NCBI GenBank assembly: GCA_963728565.1
Contig: CAVSLC010000015.1
Location: 8,546-72,545 of the forward strand
DNA: 64,000 bases
Direction of reading: 5' to 3'
DNA from: an uncultured delta proteobacterium
GTDB lineage: Bacteria > Desulfobacterota > Binatia > UBA9968
The translations under genes and the position numbers were made by a program. Of this stretch, positions 1-10,139 are shown one piece after another. Each line of letters opens with the position of its first letter. The stretch's first letter is position 1. The notes below the pieces were generated by a model that ran no database searches, had not been told where the DNA came from, and saw nothing but the letters and a program-made list of their open reading frames with translations.

Positions 1-1
1 G

Positions 2-118
2 CCGATCGTCGAGTTCATGGGCAAGAGGCCGATACCGGTCGAGACCGTCGCTGATAATGGCATCCTCAACCGCCTGGAACGAGAGGGCTTCATCGACAAG
101 CTGTACGGCAAACGATAG
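2..118 (+). CDS. 3' end of an NMT1/SsuA-type substrate-binding protein (partial)
   Basis: Reads ...VADNGILNRLEREGFIDKLYGKR*, like the C-termini of other binding proteins in the window (e.g. ELDDSGYIDSLYK). Confidence 0.7.
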   Translation, partial: PIVEFMGKRPIPVETVADNGILNRLEREGFIDKLYGKR

Positions 119-207
119 CCCTGCTTAGATAAACACTTCGGTTGCTGACAACTGTTGGCGATCACATCCGGTACGGATCGCCTCGAACATCGTAGAAGGA
201 GACCCAG

Positions 208-591
208 ATGCCCAACAAAGAAATTATTCAGGTGAATCTTGCTGCGGCCAATCCGAATCTCTCACCCGCTACACGTTTCGGCGATCTCGTATTCGTCGCC
301 GGCCAAACCGGCCGGCATCCGATCAGCGGAGAGGTCGGCAGAGACGTTCGCGAACAGACCCGCTATGCCATCGAACGCATCAAGATGATTTTGGAAACCG
401 CGGGGACCTCTCTCGACAATGTCCTGACCGTGTTGACGCATCTGACCAAACGCGAGGACCTTGCGCCGTATAACGATGAGTATGCGAAATTTTTCCCGGC
501 CAACAAACCAGCCAGGACCACGGTGGAGGCGATGTTGAACTTCCCCGAGCTGCTTGTGGAGATAACCGTCACGGCTTGCATTCCCGACTAG
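208..591 (+). CDS. RidA/YjgF family enamine/imine deaminase
   Basis: LVFVAGQ, PARTTVE and LVEI motifs; 127 aa; AGGAGA RBS. Confidence 0.9.
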   Translation: MPNKEIIQVNLAAANPNLSPATRFGDLVFVAGQTGRHPISGEVGRDVREQTRYAIERIKMILETAGTSLDNVLTVLTHLTKREDLAPYNDEYAKFFPANKPARTTVEAMLNFPELLVEITVTACIPD

Positions 592-871
592 CAGCTCCAA
601 TGATTCAAGATCGATCGCGCTCTCTTAGTGTCTGCGAATAATCATTCACTTCTTTTTCATAGACCATCAGGTTCCGGTGCCCGGGCGTAAACTTCATGTT
701 GATCGTTCGAAAACTCACGTCGGATGGTGGGGTGACGCACTTGCGAGTGTTGAAAACTTTTATCGATACGCTGTGCAGTTTCCTATTGACGGCCATCCCT
801 GAGCGCGCCTAATGTGCCATCTCAGACCCGCTTGTTCCCGCGCGTCCGGGGCTTCGAAGGGAGGTTCGTCC

Positions 872-1909
872 ATGTATATCGACTGCGACTCGCATTACTT
901 TCCGGTTAAATTTCTCGAGCCGGTGAGCGCCAAGTATCGTCACTCACCCCGGGTGGTTCGCCAAGGCGACGATGTCAGATCGGTTCTGCCCGACGGAACT
1001 TTGATTAAAAACCAGGCGCCGAAAGGCCGCTGGCATCTCGATACTCGCGACCAGCATGTCGACTGGGAAGGCTTCGACGTTCACGTTCTCATTCCCGAAA
1101 ACCGCGAGCTGCTCTACACCTGGGATCGCGATCTCGGTTGCGAGCTCGCCCGCGCCTATAACGACGCCGTGGCACAAGACCTCAAGGAGTGCGCGCATCC
1201 GGAAAAATACATCGGTGTCGCCTGGGTGTTTCTGCCGGATGTCGAGGAATCCTGCCGCGAGGTCGAAAGAGCGGTAAAAACCCTCGGACTGAAAGCAGTC
1301 AAGTTCATGGGCGGATTTGAAGGGGCCAACCTGGGCGCGGAGAAGCTCTGGCCCTTCTACGATAAAATCTGCCAGCTCGATATTCCGATTCTCGTCCACG
1401 ATACCGCTTCGGACCGCGATGGCCATCCCAATCCCGCGCTCGTGGGCATAGAGCAGTTATTCCTGGAAGCGGACAATAATGCTCTGGCTTTTTTGCTCGC
1501 CTTCCCGTTCCGCTACATGGTCGATATCGGCAGCCTGATTCTGCGCGGAGCGTTGAAGGAATTTCCAAAGCTCAAGATCTGCTTCGTCGAAGGATCGGCT
1601 GCGTTTGTTCCCTGGCTGATGGAGAGGCTCGATATGGATGTCAAAGCGAAGGAACGGCTCGGCAAGCTGCCGAGCGAATTCTTCAATCAAATCTGGGTTT
1701 CGGCATTCGCCGCTGAGACCTCGCTAAAATATGCCTGCGATTTCTGGAAGGAGCATAACCTGACTGTGGGCAGCGATTATCCGCACGGCGATCCATCCGC
1801 GACTTGGAACATAGGCACCGTCAAGATGATAAAAGAGATGGACGGAATGGCCGCGAGCGACAAAGAAAAAATCCTCGGTGGCAACGCCATGCGCTTATTC
1901 GGCATGTAG
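872..1909 (+). CDS. Amidohydrolase_2 family (ACMSD/LigW-like metal-dependent decarboxylase or hydrolase)
   Basis: IDCDSH, ILVH, GSDYPHGD, KILGGNA motifs; GGAGG RBS before ATG 872. Confidence 0.9.
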   Translation: MYIDCDSHYFPVKFLEPVSAKYRHSPRVVRQGDDVRSVLPDGTLIKNQAPKGRWHLDTRDQHVDWEGFDVHVLIPENRELLYTWDRDLGCELARAYNDAVAQDLKECAHPEKYIGVAWVFLPDVEESCREVERAVKTLGLKAVKFMGGFEGANLGAEKLWPFYDKICQLDIPILVHDTASDRDGHPNPALVGIEQLFLEADNNALAFLLAFPFRYMVDIGSLILRGALKEFPKLKICFVEGSAAFVPWLMERLDMDVKAKERLGKLPSEFFNQIWVSAFAAETSLKYACDFWKEHNLTVGSDYPHGDPSATWNIGTVKMIKEMDGMAASDKEKILGGNAMRLFGM

Positions 1910-1994
1910 CGGCGGCATGCCGAGTACTGTTTAGACACTCTGCGGCCGGCGGCGCGCTGTCCGCCACTCGACGGAGTTCTCAAGGAGGCGAGCT

Positions 1995-3032
1995 ATGGCC
2001 GGCTATAGAATCGGTATTGTGGCGAGCGCGCTGTTTGCCGGGCTGGGTGCGTTTCATCAGTATGGCATCGCAGTATACGCTGCCGCGGCACCCCCCAAGG
2101 TTGTCATCTCGTTTGCCGGAGTGAATCCCCGACAGACTCCGCTCTGGATCGCGCAGGAACAGAAATTTTTCGCCAAGCATGGCGTTGACGCGGATGTTGT
2201 ATTTATTCGCACGGGGCCGATTCAAGTAGCTGCCGTAAGCTCCGGCGCCACCCAACTCGCCTACTCCGGCCCGGCATCGGTCCTCGGCGCAGCCGCCGGT
2301 GGAACCGATCTCCGGCTGATTGCTTCTTTCACCAACAAGCTGACTTACACAATGATCGCCAGGCCGGAAATCAAAAGGGCCGAAGACCTGCGCGGTAAAC
2401 GCTTCGGCGTCCAAGCCATCGGCGGATCTGTTTGGATGGGAGCGGTATTGGGGCTGGAACACCTGGGGCTCGAGCAGCGGCGCGATAATATCAACATCAT
2501 CAACGTCGGCGATCAGACGGTGCTGGCGCAGGCGATGGAGAGCGGAACGATCGATGTTACCGTGCTCGACGGCGTTTTCAGCCGCAGATTGAAGCAGAAA
2601 GGCTTCTCCGTCCTGGTCGAGCTTGCCGAGACGACCATTCCGTATGTCAGCAATACGATCGTTGGAACCCGGACATTTTTTCAACAGCAGCCCGAATTGA
2701 CCGAGAACATCATGAAAGGGCTGATCGAAAGTGTGGCGTTCATCATGGCGCCACGAAACAAAGCAATCGTGGTGAATACCATCATGAAGCGCCTGAAAAT
2801 CAGCGATCAAGCCGTGGCCGAGGAGGGATACCAGGACCTGGTTCAGATCTCCGACCCAAAACCGTACGTCTCCTTGGAAGGCCTGCGCAATATACAGCGG
2901 CTGATCAAAATCCAAAATCCGCCCATCGGCAACGTCAAGCTGGAGGAACTGATCGATAACCGGCCACTGAAGAAACTCGAAGACAGCGGTTTTCTTCAAA
3001 AGACTTATGCCGCCTACGGCGTCGTACGATAG
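1995..3032 (+). CDS. NMT1/SsuA-type ABC substrate-binding protein
   Basis: Signal peptide; LWIAQEQKFFAKHG, DLRGKRFGV. Confidence 0.85.
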   Translation: MAGYRIGIVASALFAGLGAFHQYGIAVYAAAAPPKVVISFAGVNPRQTPLWIAQEQKFFAKHGVDADVVFIRTGPIQVAAVSSGATQLAYSGPASVLGAAAGGTDLRLIASFTNKLTYTMIARPEIKRAEDLRGKRFGVQAIGGSVWMGAVLGLEHLGLEQRRDNINIINVGDQTVLAQAMESGTIDVTVLDGVFSRRLKQKGFSVLVELAETTIPYVSNTIVGTRTFFQQQPELTENIMKGLIESVAFIMAPRNKAIVVNTIMKRLKISDQAVAEEGYQDLVQISDPKPYVSLEGLRNIQRLIKIQNPPIGNVKLEELIDNRPLKKLEDSGFLQKTYAAYGVVR

Positions 3033-3683
3033 CTAGAGAGGGAAGAATCAGCAAGGTGATTGACGGCATGATGCATCGAGAAACATTCAGTGTTTCACTG
3101 CACAGCAGCGAGAGGACGGGTTATGTCAGCCGGTGGCTCTGCATCTGCTGCTGAACGCGGTTGCCGTTTCATTCTGAGTATCGCGTCAGCGCGGTTGTTC
3201 GCAAGCACAACCAATTTCACCTCCCAGGACAAAGATACCGACGAACTGCGATCAGCGACTAAACTGTTCTGATAATCCCATCTCCCGGCGACGTCTCTTG
3301 CACTTGGCACAGGATCCGTCGGGCGCCTTTCGGCTCAGCGCCGCGTCAATGTCCGCAGCACATTGCCAGGTTGTTTTTCTGCCTCGTGGTATTCGGCCAC
3401 GCTCATGCCGCGTTCGGGGTACTCGCGCTTGAACGGCTGCTTTCCAAGAAGCGCCGTAGCGGAATCGCTCCAGCAATCTTTGCCCGACGGGGCGCTGTTT
3501 ATTCACATTTTTTGCCCGCCTGAATCCATCATTTTCGTACGCTGTCGTACGGACCCACCCCATTTTGCCTGCGTTTTTGTCAGCTAATATGCCCTATCGC
3601 GGGCTTTTGCGCCTCCTCGCCGCCGGTGTCGATGCATGATTTAGGGGCATGGTCATTGCGGAGGTAGCCTTGTGCGGTGAGCC

Positions 3684-4355
3684 ATGCACTGTTCGTTTAC
3701 AAGATCGTCAATTTCGCCGGCCCATGTGTTCTGTTTTGAGTTGCGGATTAGCGCATGGATGATAACGGCGGCGCTGTTGTCGGCCGCTCCAGGCTGCAGC
3801 ACCATTTCAGATGCACCTCATCGATCGATAGCGACGAGCGCAGTGTTGCCGGCTGAGAGCCTGAGCGACAATCCTCCGGTGGACGAGCCACCGACCGACA
3901 TTCCCACGCTTGAGAGTTCATCTGCAGCGATTGTTCCGCGCTCTCCCGAGACGCAGGAAGCTCCGCCACCGCCAACTCTCCCCACGCCTGCGCCAGCGGC
4001 GATTATAGGAACCGGGCTCGCCTCTTGGTATGGAGCAAAACATCACGGCAAGCGGACCGCGAGCGGAGAAATCTTTGACCAGAATAAATTCACCGCCGCG
4101 CATCGAACTCTTCCGTGGGGCAGCATTGTAAGGGTGACTAATCTCGAGAATGGAAAAGCGGTGGAAGTGCGGATAAACGATCGCGGGCCGTTTACCAAAG
4201 GCCGGCTCATCGATCTCTCGCGCGCCGCGGCAAGAGCTGTGGGCATGTTGGAATCGGGAGTAACCCCGGTGCGAATGGAATTGCTTTCGCCTCGCGAAAA
4301 CTCAAGTGATCTGGTGCGGCAAAATAGCCAATCGTCTTCAACAGAGAGTCATTAG
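3684..4355 (+). CDS. rlpA: Septal ring lytic transglycosylase RlpA family (start uncertain)
   Basis: GLASWYG, TASGE, TAAHRTLP, VRINDRGPF, IDLS; Pro-rich linker. Confidence 0.9.
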   Translation: MHCSFTRSSISPAHVFCFELRISAWMITAALLSAAPGCSTISDAPHRSIATSAVLPAESLSDNPPVDEPPTDIPTLESSSAAIVPRSPETQEAPPPPTLPTPAPAAIIGTGLASWYGAKHHGKRTASGEIFDQNKFTAAHRTLPWGSIVRVTNLENGKAVEVRINDRGPFTKGRLIDLSRAAARAVGMLESGVTPVRMELLSPRENSSDLVRQNSQSSSTESH

Positions 4356-4636
4356 ATCCCGCATCTCTACACATCCTCATTCAGGCATCGCCAGGTTAGC
4401 TACGGGGGTGTTCGCAGTAATGGTTTTCCCCTACGTTTACTGCTTCTCCGCCACAGAATAGCCGCTTGAATCGGAAACGGATCGGGCGTGGGATGGTCTT
4501 GGAACAGTAACAAAAGATCGGATCGAGGAATTCTCGGCACCCAGGGATTCTGGAATACGAGCCGTCTGCCTTTTATGTTTAATAGCTTGTCCCTCTTCTT
4601 CTCCCGTTTGCTGTGTCGGCTCGTTTCGCGGCCCGG

Positions 4637-5269
4637 TCAGTAAAGCTCGGTCTTCAGGCGCTCGGCATATTTCTCGTTATAACTTCTGGCGTAGGCAGCA
4701 TCCTTGCCGTCGCGGGCGGCGGCGAAGTCGCCGTGAGTCGGCGCACCGCTCGGCCGCTCCTTCGCATCCCACAGCTTGGCCCGCACCAGAGCTTTGGGGC
4801 AGTGATTGAAGGCTTCCTCGACAGCGACGATCACGACCACGCGCGGCGGCTTGCCGCCCACCTCGAATCGCTTCAGCAACTCCGGGTCCGTGCTGATCGT
4901 CGCACTGCCAGTCACGCGGTAGGTTTCGTTCGATCCGGGGGTCATAAAAATGATACCGACCTTCGGATTGACAAGCAGGTTCTTCATCCCGTCGATGCGG
5001 TTGTTGCCCGGCCGGTCGGGAATCAGCAGTGTACGGTCGTCGAGCAGCTGCACAAATCCGGGCGCATCGCCTTTGGGCGAACAATCGATGCTGGTCCCGT
5101 TCGAGGTCCCGATCACCAGGAACGGCGATGCCGCGATGAAGGCGCGCCCGACCTCGGTGATGTGGTCGGTTTCCTTGGTGGCGACGTGGGGCAACGGCTT
5201 GGCATATATCTTCGCGAGATCGTCGAGTGAAGTAACGGTATAGGCATCGTTCCGGTCTATCGCGTCCAT
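4637..5269 (-). CDS. Pyridoxamine 5'-phosphate oxidase-like FMN-binding protein (MSMEG_1061 type)
   Basis: DCSPKGDAPGFV, PDRPGNNRID, HCPKAL. Confidence 0.88.
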   Translation of the reverse strand: MDAIDRNDAYTVTSLDDLAKIYAKPLPHVATKETDHITEVGRAFIAASPFLVIGTSNGTSIDCSPKGDAPGFVQLLDDRTLLIPDRPGNNRIDGMKNLLVNPKVGIIFMTPGSNETYRVTGSATISTDPELLKRFEVGGKPPRVVVIVAVEEAFNHCPKALVRAKLWDAKERPSGAPTHGDFAAARDGKDAAYARSYNEKYAERLKTELY

Positions 5270-5512
5270 GTCATATTCCTCCCCGCTCGGTGACGGTAGC
5301 AGTAGTCTTCGTTGAATTCTGCAATATCGATTGCTAACTGAGTCTTGTCAACATTGCAATTTGCCGCCCAGGCCGAACGGGGCAGCGAATCATATCCCCA
5401 AGGAACGGCCGCTTATTTCGACGTAATGAGTTTACTTCGGCGAAACGTAGCTGAACTCTTTTCTTCGCACTTATTTAGTCCCTCGCAACGCGCTGCACGC
5501 TACTCGACCGTG

Positions 5513-6001
5513 TTAATCAATGCTGACTCTTCGCCCAAAGAAAGTATCAGAAGCGACGGCCGGAGTATTCGAATCAAGGGGATCGTCATTGGGATTGAAA
5601 GCGCGCAACTCGAAGCTTCCTTCCATTTCGTCACACCTTTCAGCGAACCTCATGACAATATCGAGTCTGGCGATCTGCGACGGTGGAACACCACCGTTCA
5701 CGGGAGTCTCTTTGAAATTGAAGTCCAGGCCCCTCGCCCTGGCGTCCCGAGCGCCGCTTTTCTTCCACACACCTTGTATGTGGCTGAAGCCAAACGCCCT
5801 TTCGGCGGAGCTCGTAATCTGAAACCCACCGTCTTGTGACAGCGTCCAGAGACTTTGCGTGCCACTGCCTTCAACAACAAGATAAGTGCCGGGGAAACAG
5901 CCGCCCTGTGATCCAGTATCGCGCGAGCTAGCGCTGGTCGAACTCGATAAAAAAGCCGCGCTCGACAATATAAATGCCAGGATTACAAGTCGGTATTTCA
6001 T
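5513..6001 (-). CDS. Hypothetical secreted beta-rich protein
   Basis: MKYRLVILAFIL signal peptide, AAGGAG RBS, two Cys. Confidence 0.6.
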   Translation of the reverse strand: MKYRLVILAFILSSAAFLSSSTSASSRDTGSQGGCFPGTYLVVEGSGTQSLWTLSQDGGFQITSSAERAFGFSHIQGVWKKSGARDARARGLDFNFKETPVNGGVPPSQIARLDIVMRFAERCDEMEGSFELRAFNPNDDPLDSNTPAVASDTFFGRRVSID

Positions 6002-6252
6002 GGCGCGCTCCTTGTTGCGGTTATCGTGCAGACTTCTCGGAACACCGGCTTCTAGCATAGGATGCGCCGTCAAACAAATCCGTAACGTCGGTTGAGTCAA
6101 ATACCGCTGGATTCATCCATGAAGCTCTACGCGAGATCGGCGGCCAGTAACAATGCTTCTTTAACTGAAGACTATTCCCACCAGGGCGACCCGAGACGGT
6201 GAACTCGTTGTAGTCGTGGATTGAGTATGGTCGAGAGCGGTTTGTTTTTCTG

Positions 6253-6492
6253 TTAGTTCTTCTGCGCTAATCGAAGGTCCGCGATGATGGGCAGTTCGAA
6301 CAGATCGCTACGAAGGAGACGAGTTGAAAAAAACAGTACTTCGAGATTTTCGATTTCTCCCGTTTTCGGATTGAGCCTGGCGATAACCTCGTCCCCGAGT
6401 TCTTCGGACTCCTGTTCGGCATAGGGCGGCATCTTGTTGATGTAGAGAATGTCTCCTTGGCGGTCGTATTTAAACGTTAACTTCGCTTCCAT
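6253..6492 (-). CDS. DUF2283 family protein (putative antitoxin)
   Basis: KYDRQGDILYI...EIENLEVL pattern; overlaps the stop of the upstream toxin-like gene. Confidence 0.8.
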   Translation of the reverse strand: MEAKLTFKYDRQGDILYINKMPPYAEQESEELGDEVIARLNPKTGEIENLEVLFFSTRLLRSDLFELPIIADLRLAQKN

Positions 6493-6801
6493 TCCCCGTC
6501 TCCTTCTGGAATTCTCCTGGTAACATAAGCCGTGACAACCCAATCTCGACTCTTAGGGAGAGCCTCGCTAACGACAACAACGACCAAATGCTTCCCTTTC
6601 ACGAGATCATCATATCACTTTGAAAACAGACGCGCATTCGCAAAACGCCGGCTTCGCCGGACCTGATCTGGATCATGCAAAGTATCGCCGATCTGATCCT
6701 CATGCTCCGGGAGTAGCTCAGGGTGCGTTTCAGCGATGTGGCTCTCCCGTTCGTCTGAGAGCTCGACTTCACCGCCGAGATAGGGACACGGAAATGTTCA
6801 T
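6477..6801 (-). pseudogene. Toxin-like partner of DUF2283, inactivated
   Basis: Reads FPCPYLGGEVELSDERESHIAETHPEL...RLFSK*YDDLVKGKHLVVVVV...WVVTAY...EWKRS*; in-frame TGA and out-of-frame ATG. Confidence 0.65.
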
Positions 6802-6807
6802 CGGCTT

Positions 6808-6892
6808 ACAAAACTAACAAACCGCGAACCATCGAAGGCACATTAGCAATCGCGGTGAAGTAATGCAGTTCTGTGATATCCGCACGTTTCAT
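6808..6892 (-). pseudogene. N-terminal stub resembling DarT (DUF4433)
   Basis: MKRADITELHYFTAIANVPSM..., recalled similarity to DUF4433 N-termini; only about 28 codons. Confidence 0.4.
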
Positions 6893-6896
6893 TCGT

Positions 6897-7012
6897 CACT
6901 CAGCTTCCGCTTCTCGCACCGTACGGTATGTGATGTCTTAATTAATGATGGAGTCCAACTCCTCGTCCGTACGCTCGTATTGCCCGGCCAAGAGGCCCGT
7001 CGATTCATCTAC
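6897..7012 (-). pseudogene. C-terminal stub resembling Eco57I-like/type IIG restriction-modification protein
   Basis: LAGQYERTDEELDSIIN*DITYR resembles the recalled C-terminal motif HYGFTDEELDFIINYDIKYRMG. Confidence 0.45.
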
Positions 7013-7150
7013 TATAGCTTTGCGTCGTTTGGAATCGACTGAATCAATCAGCAGCCCGATCTTTCGCGATGACTCGTGTAGGACGAAAACATCTCGTCAA
7101 CTTCACTGATAATGCTTTTCAGTTTGCCTTTGTTTCGCTCTGAGGAGATG

Positions 7151-7530
7151 TAACGGGGACAGACTACTTTTTTATCTACTTCCTCATTTCGCTTAGAGCG
7201 GGTCGGCCCCGTAGAGCCATCGTACTCTCTGATTGCATGAATCGGCTCAGAGACTAATGTGCGAAGCTTCAATCACAAAGTGAAAGTGATTCGGCATTAG
7301 AGAAAGCAAGCATCTTAACTGGGTGCCGCGTTTTTGCTAGCGCGAGCATGGAAAGAAAGGCTTGGTAATCTTGAGCGTGATGGAAGATAGTTGCGCGACC
7401 GTTCCCTCGGTTAATTACATGATAAACAAAACCAGCCTGTTGCGCATGCGGGATTGTCGGCATGGCAGGCCTTTATTATATAGGCGAACGTGATCACAAC
7501 GATGAAAATAGCCTGTCACCTTTAATCCCC
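7151..7530 (-). mobile_element. RAYT family A, internally deleted element with terminal inverted repeats
   Basis: YHVINRGNGR N-terminus joined to the 3' end; ends taacggggacagactacttt / aaatagcctgtcacctttaa. Confidence 0.85.
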
Positions 7531-7710
7531 GTCACTCTCGGTTTTAGTGCCATGGTGCCGCGCGATCTCATTCACCAGCTATAATGGAATATGAAAGACC
7601 GCTTGACTCCCTCCTTCTTCAGCAAGCGACACGGAAGGTTCTCGCCAGTCGTACTCTGAGCAATTTCAACTGCTCCCAGATAACCTAAGCTCTAGATATC
7701 TGCCCGGCGA

Positions 7711-8763
7711 TTAATCGCCAAGCAGAATCGCCTTCATTTTGGCCACCAGAGCCGGCTCCAGATGGAAAAGGCTGTCGATGGCTCTTCCCGCATCCTCACC
7801 GGTGGTAGGATCTATCTCGAGATTGGATTTTTTTGCCTCAGCCAAAAAGTCTGCGTCTTTCATGGTCTCCATGAAAGATCTTTGCAGTACTCTTACCCGA
7901 TCTTTCGGCGTGCCTGGCGGGAGTGCATACAAGCGCGTTATCGGCGCTGTTGTCTGAACGCTGGCTGTGATTAATTTGCGTGCTTCGTCACTTTGAACCA
8001 GGTTGAGCGCGAGAGGAACTTTTGGCAGATCAGGAAGAGGCTCGTTAGTCAGTTGAACGACGATGTTCACGGTGCCTGCCTGTAAGCCGGCCCGCCAGGT
8101 AGGCTTGATCGACTCCCACTGCCAGCAACCGCCGGCCAATTCTCCACTCTCGGCGGCAAGCCGGATGGGTGCGGTGCCCGAATATCCCGAAACCAGTTGA
8201 ATAGGCAGGCCAACAACGTGCTTAAGAACCAACGCGGTATTGTCGGTTATGATCAATCTTCCAGTGCCGCCTAATTTAACCGGAGTCTTGGAGGCTTTCC
8301 ACGCTTCTATCGTAGTGATTCCACTTGCCTTGGTCAGCGCACAAACGATGTTGTCCTTGACCGGAACACCGAGCCACTCGAATTTCTGAAAGTCAAAGTC
8401 AACGCCAGGCTGGTTCAACAACCGTCCTAAGGCGATGTCGGCGATGAAGGTCCCAATCGTCAGCCCATCCGGCTTGGCTTGAAAAACATTCTTGGCCGCC
8501 ACCAGAGTCGCGGCGCCGGGCTGGTTTTCAATGATGATTTGCGGGTTGCCGGGAATATATTTGCCCCAGTGACGCGCGATTGCCCGCGCGTATACATCAA
8601 AACCGCCGCCGGGTGCAGTTCCTACGACTACTCTTACAATCTTGCCTTGATAGAAAGGACTCTGTTCCGCTGCCAGTCCAAGTTCAGGTAACGCCAAGCC
8701 GCTAACAGCTGCGACAAGGAAAATAAACAGCATCGTATAACGGACGTGACATTCAAGAGTCAT
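7711..8763 (-). CDS. Bug/TctC tripartite tricarboxylate transporter binding protein
   Basis: APGGGFDVYAR, ENQPGA, KPDGLTIG, AAESGEL. Confidence 0.88.
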   Translation of the reverse strand: MTLECHVRYTMLFIFLVAAVSGLALPELGLAAEQSPFYQGKIVRVVVGTAPGGGFDVYARAIARHWGKYIPGNPQIIIENQPGAATLVAAKNVFQAKPDGLTIGTFIADIALGRLLNQPGVDFDFQKFEWLGVPVKDNIVCALTKASGITTIEAWKASKTPVKLGGTGRLIITDNTALVLKHVVGLPIQLVSGYSGTAPIRLAAESGELAGGCWQWESIKPTWRAGLQAGTVNIVVQLTNEPLPDLPKVPLALNLVQSDEARKLITASVQTTAPITRLYALPPGTPKDRVRVLQRSFMETMKDADFLAEAKKSNLEIDPTTGEDAGRAIDSLFHLEPALVAKMKAILLGD

Positions 8764-8945
8764 CAGCTGACCTCCGCGGCAGTGCCCCATCAAACGGATT
8801 GTAAAAACTCTCCGGGCAGTGTGGGAAGAGATCTCAAAGGGAACCACGGGAATCGCTCCCTGAGAGCTTCGGCCCAGACGCAAACGGTTGATCCTGTCTC
8901 TTGATTCTGAACTGTTGGCGCGCTTAATACGTCGCAGCGAGTCGT

Positions 8946-9284
8946 TCAGACAGGCCATCCATGTTCAGAGATATCCACCCGATTGCCTTCGGGGTCCTGT
9001 ATCCAGCTCTCCGCAATGGCCCCGTAGACGTTTGAGTTCGCGGTGGTACCGACAAACTCTTCGACGGCTTTGACGCTGGTCACTACAAAACCAAAGTGAT
9101 GGATGCCCCAGGGAAGGTTCGGCGCATTGATCAGGGCAACGTCAACGAAGCCATCGGATAGATAAATCGTGCCATTCGGACCACGTTCCTTTTCTTCCAG
9201 CTTGAACACATCCTTGTAGTACTCGGCAGCTTTTTCGCGATCTTCAACGTTGATAGCGATATGGCGAATTCGTGGTCTATCCAT
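8946..9284 (-). CDS. VOC/glyoxalase family protein
   Basis: RHIAINV, HHFGFVV, DPEGNRVDI. Confidence 0.88.
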   Translation of the reverse strand: MDRPRIRHIAINVEDREKAAEYYKDVFKLEEKERGPNGTIYLSDGFVDVALINAPNLPWGIHHFGFVVTSVKAVEEFVGTTANSNVYGAIAESWIQDPEGNRVDISEHGWPV

Positions 9285-9401
9285 AATCAATCTCCTTCGA
9301 CAGCTTGCAACAAATAAGCGCAGACTGACATGTCTTTGGTGTTTCCTTCATCGAAGCGATTTGAACGGCCTGAACTTTTTGAACGAAAGTATTTTCCGCC
9401 C

Positions 9402-10091
9402 TTACCTCAAGCTATAACCCATCTCGTAATGGATGTAGATGCCGTCAAAAAAGAACCATCGCATCCGTGCGCTTTCGCGCGCGTAAGTGACCGCCATCTC
9501 CTGCAACTCGGGTGTAATCGCGTACTCGTCCAGTATGTCGAAACCTTTTCCACCGTGCTCTGTATCGGCTACCGCATGCAGCCAAAAGTGTTCTATGTCC
9601 TCCTCCTTCATCCGATAGATCTCGCGCAAGGCGGGAAGCACTTTGCTATAAAGAGGCGGCGATTGGGATTCGGTGCCAACGTTGGTCGCCGCTACGCTGG
9701 CAATGAAGGACTCCTCTTTGCACACGCGGTTGAAAAACGTCACCCATGCTTCCGTGGTCGGAAGGCCTCGGCTTCGCTTGACCTGCTCGACGTCGGCTCC
9801 ATTAGCGGCCGCAAATCTCAGAATGATATCGAGATGAGGACGCGCCGGATCGCTTTCCTCAAGATAATTTTCCAACAACAACCGTTGCACAGCCAACGGT
9901 GTATTCGCGGCTTTGAAGAGCTCGCCGCGGTAAATGTTGCTGATCCAGTGATATTGCTCGATGCCCCATCCCATTAATGCGTTGCGGCTGAGCTTTCCCG
10001 CAGCCCACTTTTCAGTCAACGGATGATTAACGCAATGGCGCTCCATCACGGCTGCCTCGAGTCGTTCGCGCAGAGCACTTTTGGTTGTCAT
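9402..10091 (-). CDS. Heme-oxygenase-like diiron oxidase (TenA/PqqC/CADD superfamily)
   Basis: EE-x6-H, E(SQ), H-x3-D-x2-H ligand set. Confidence 0.85.
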   Translation of the reverse strand: MTTKSALRERLEAAVMERHCVNHPLTEKWAAGKLSRNALMGWGIEQYHWISNIYRGELFKAANTPLAVQRLLLENYLEESDPARPHLDIILRFAAANGADVEQVKRSRGLPTTEAWVTFFNRVCKEESFIASVAATNVGTESQSPPLYSKVLPALREIYRMKEEDIEHFWLHAVADTEHGGKGFDILDEYAITPELQEMAVTYARESARMRWFFFDGIYIHYEMGYSLR

Positions 10092-10139
10092 GTTTAAGTC
10101 TCCATGTTTTAGATTTGCGACTAATTCAAAGTCGGATGA

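Noticed and set aside
3060-3660. Small ORFs between the binding protein and rlpA
   Set aside because: No motifs or clear RBS; treated as intergenic.
6612-6620. In-frame TGA as selenocysteine or recoding
   Set aside because: The position fits a Trp codon, the gene start is also broken, and TGA is a normal stop elsewhere in the window.
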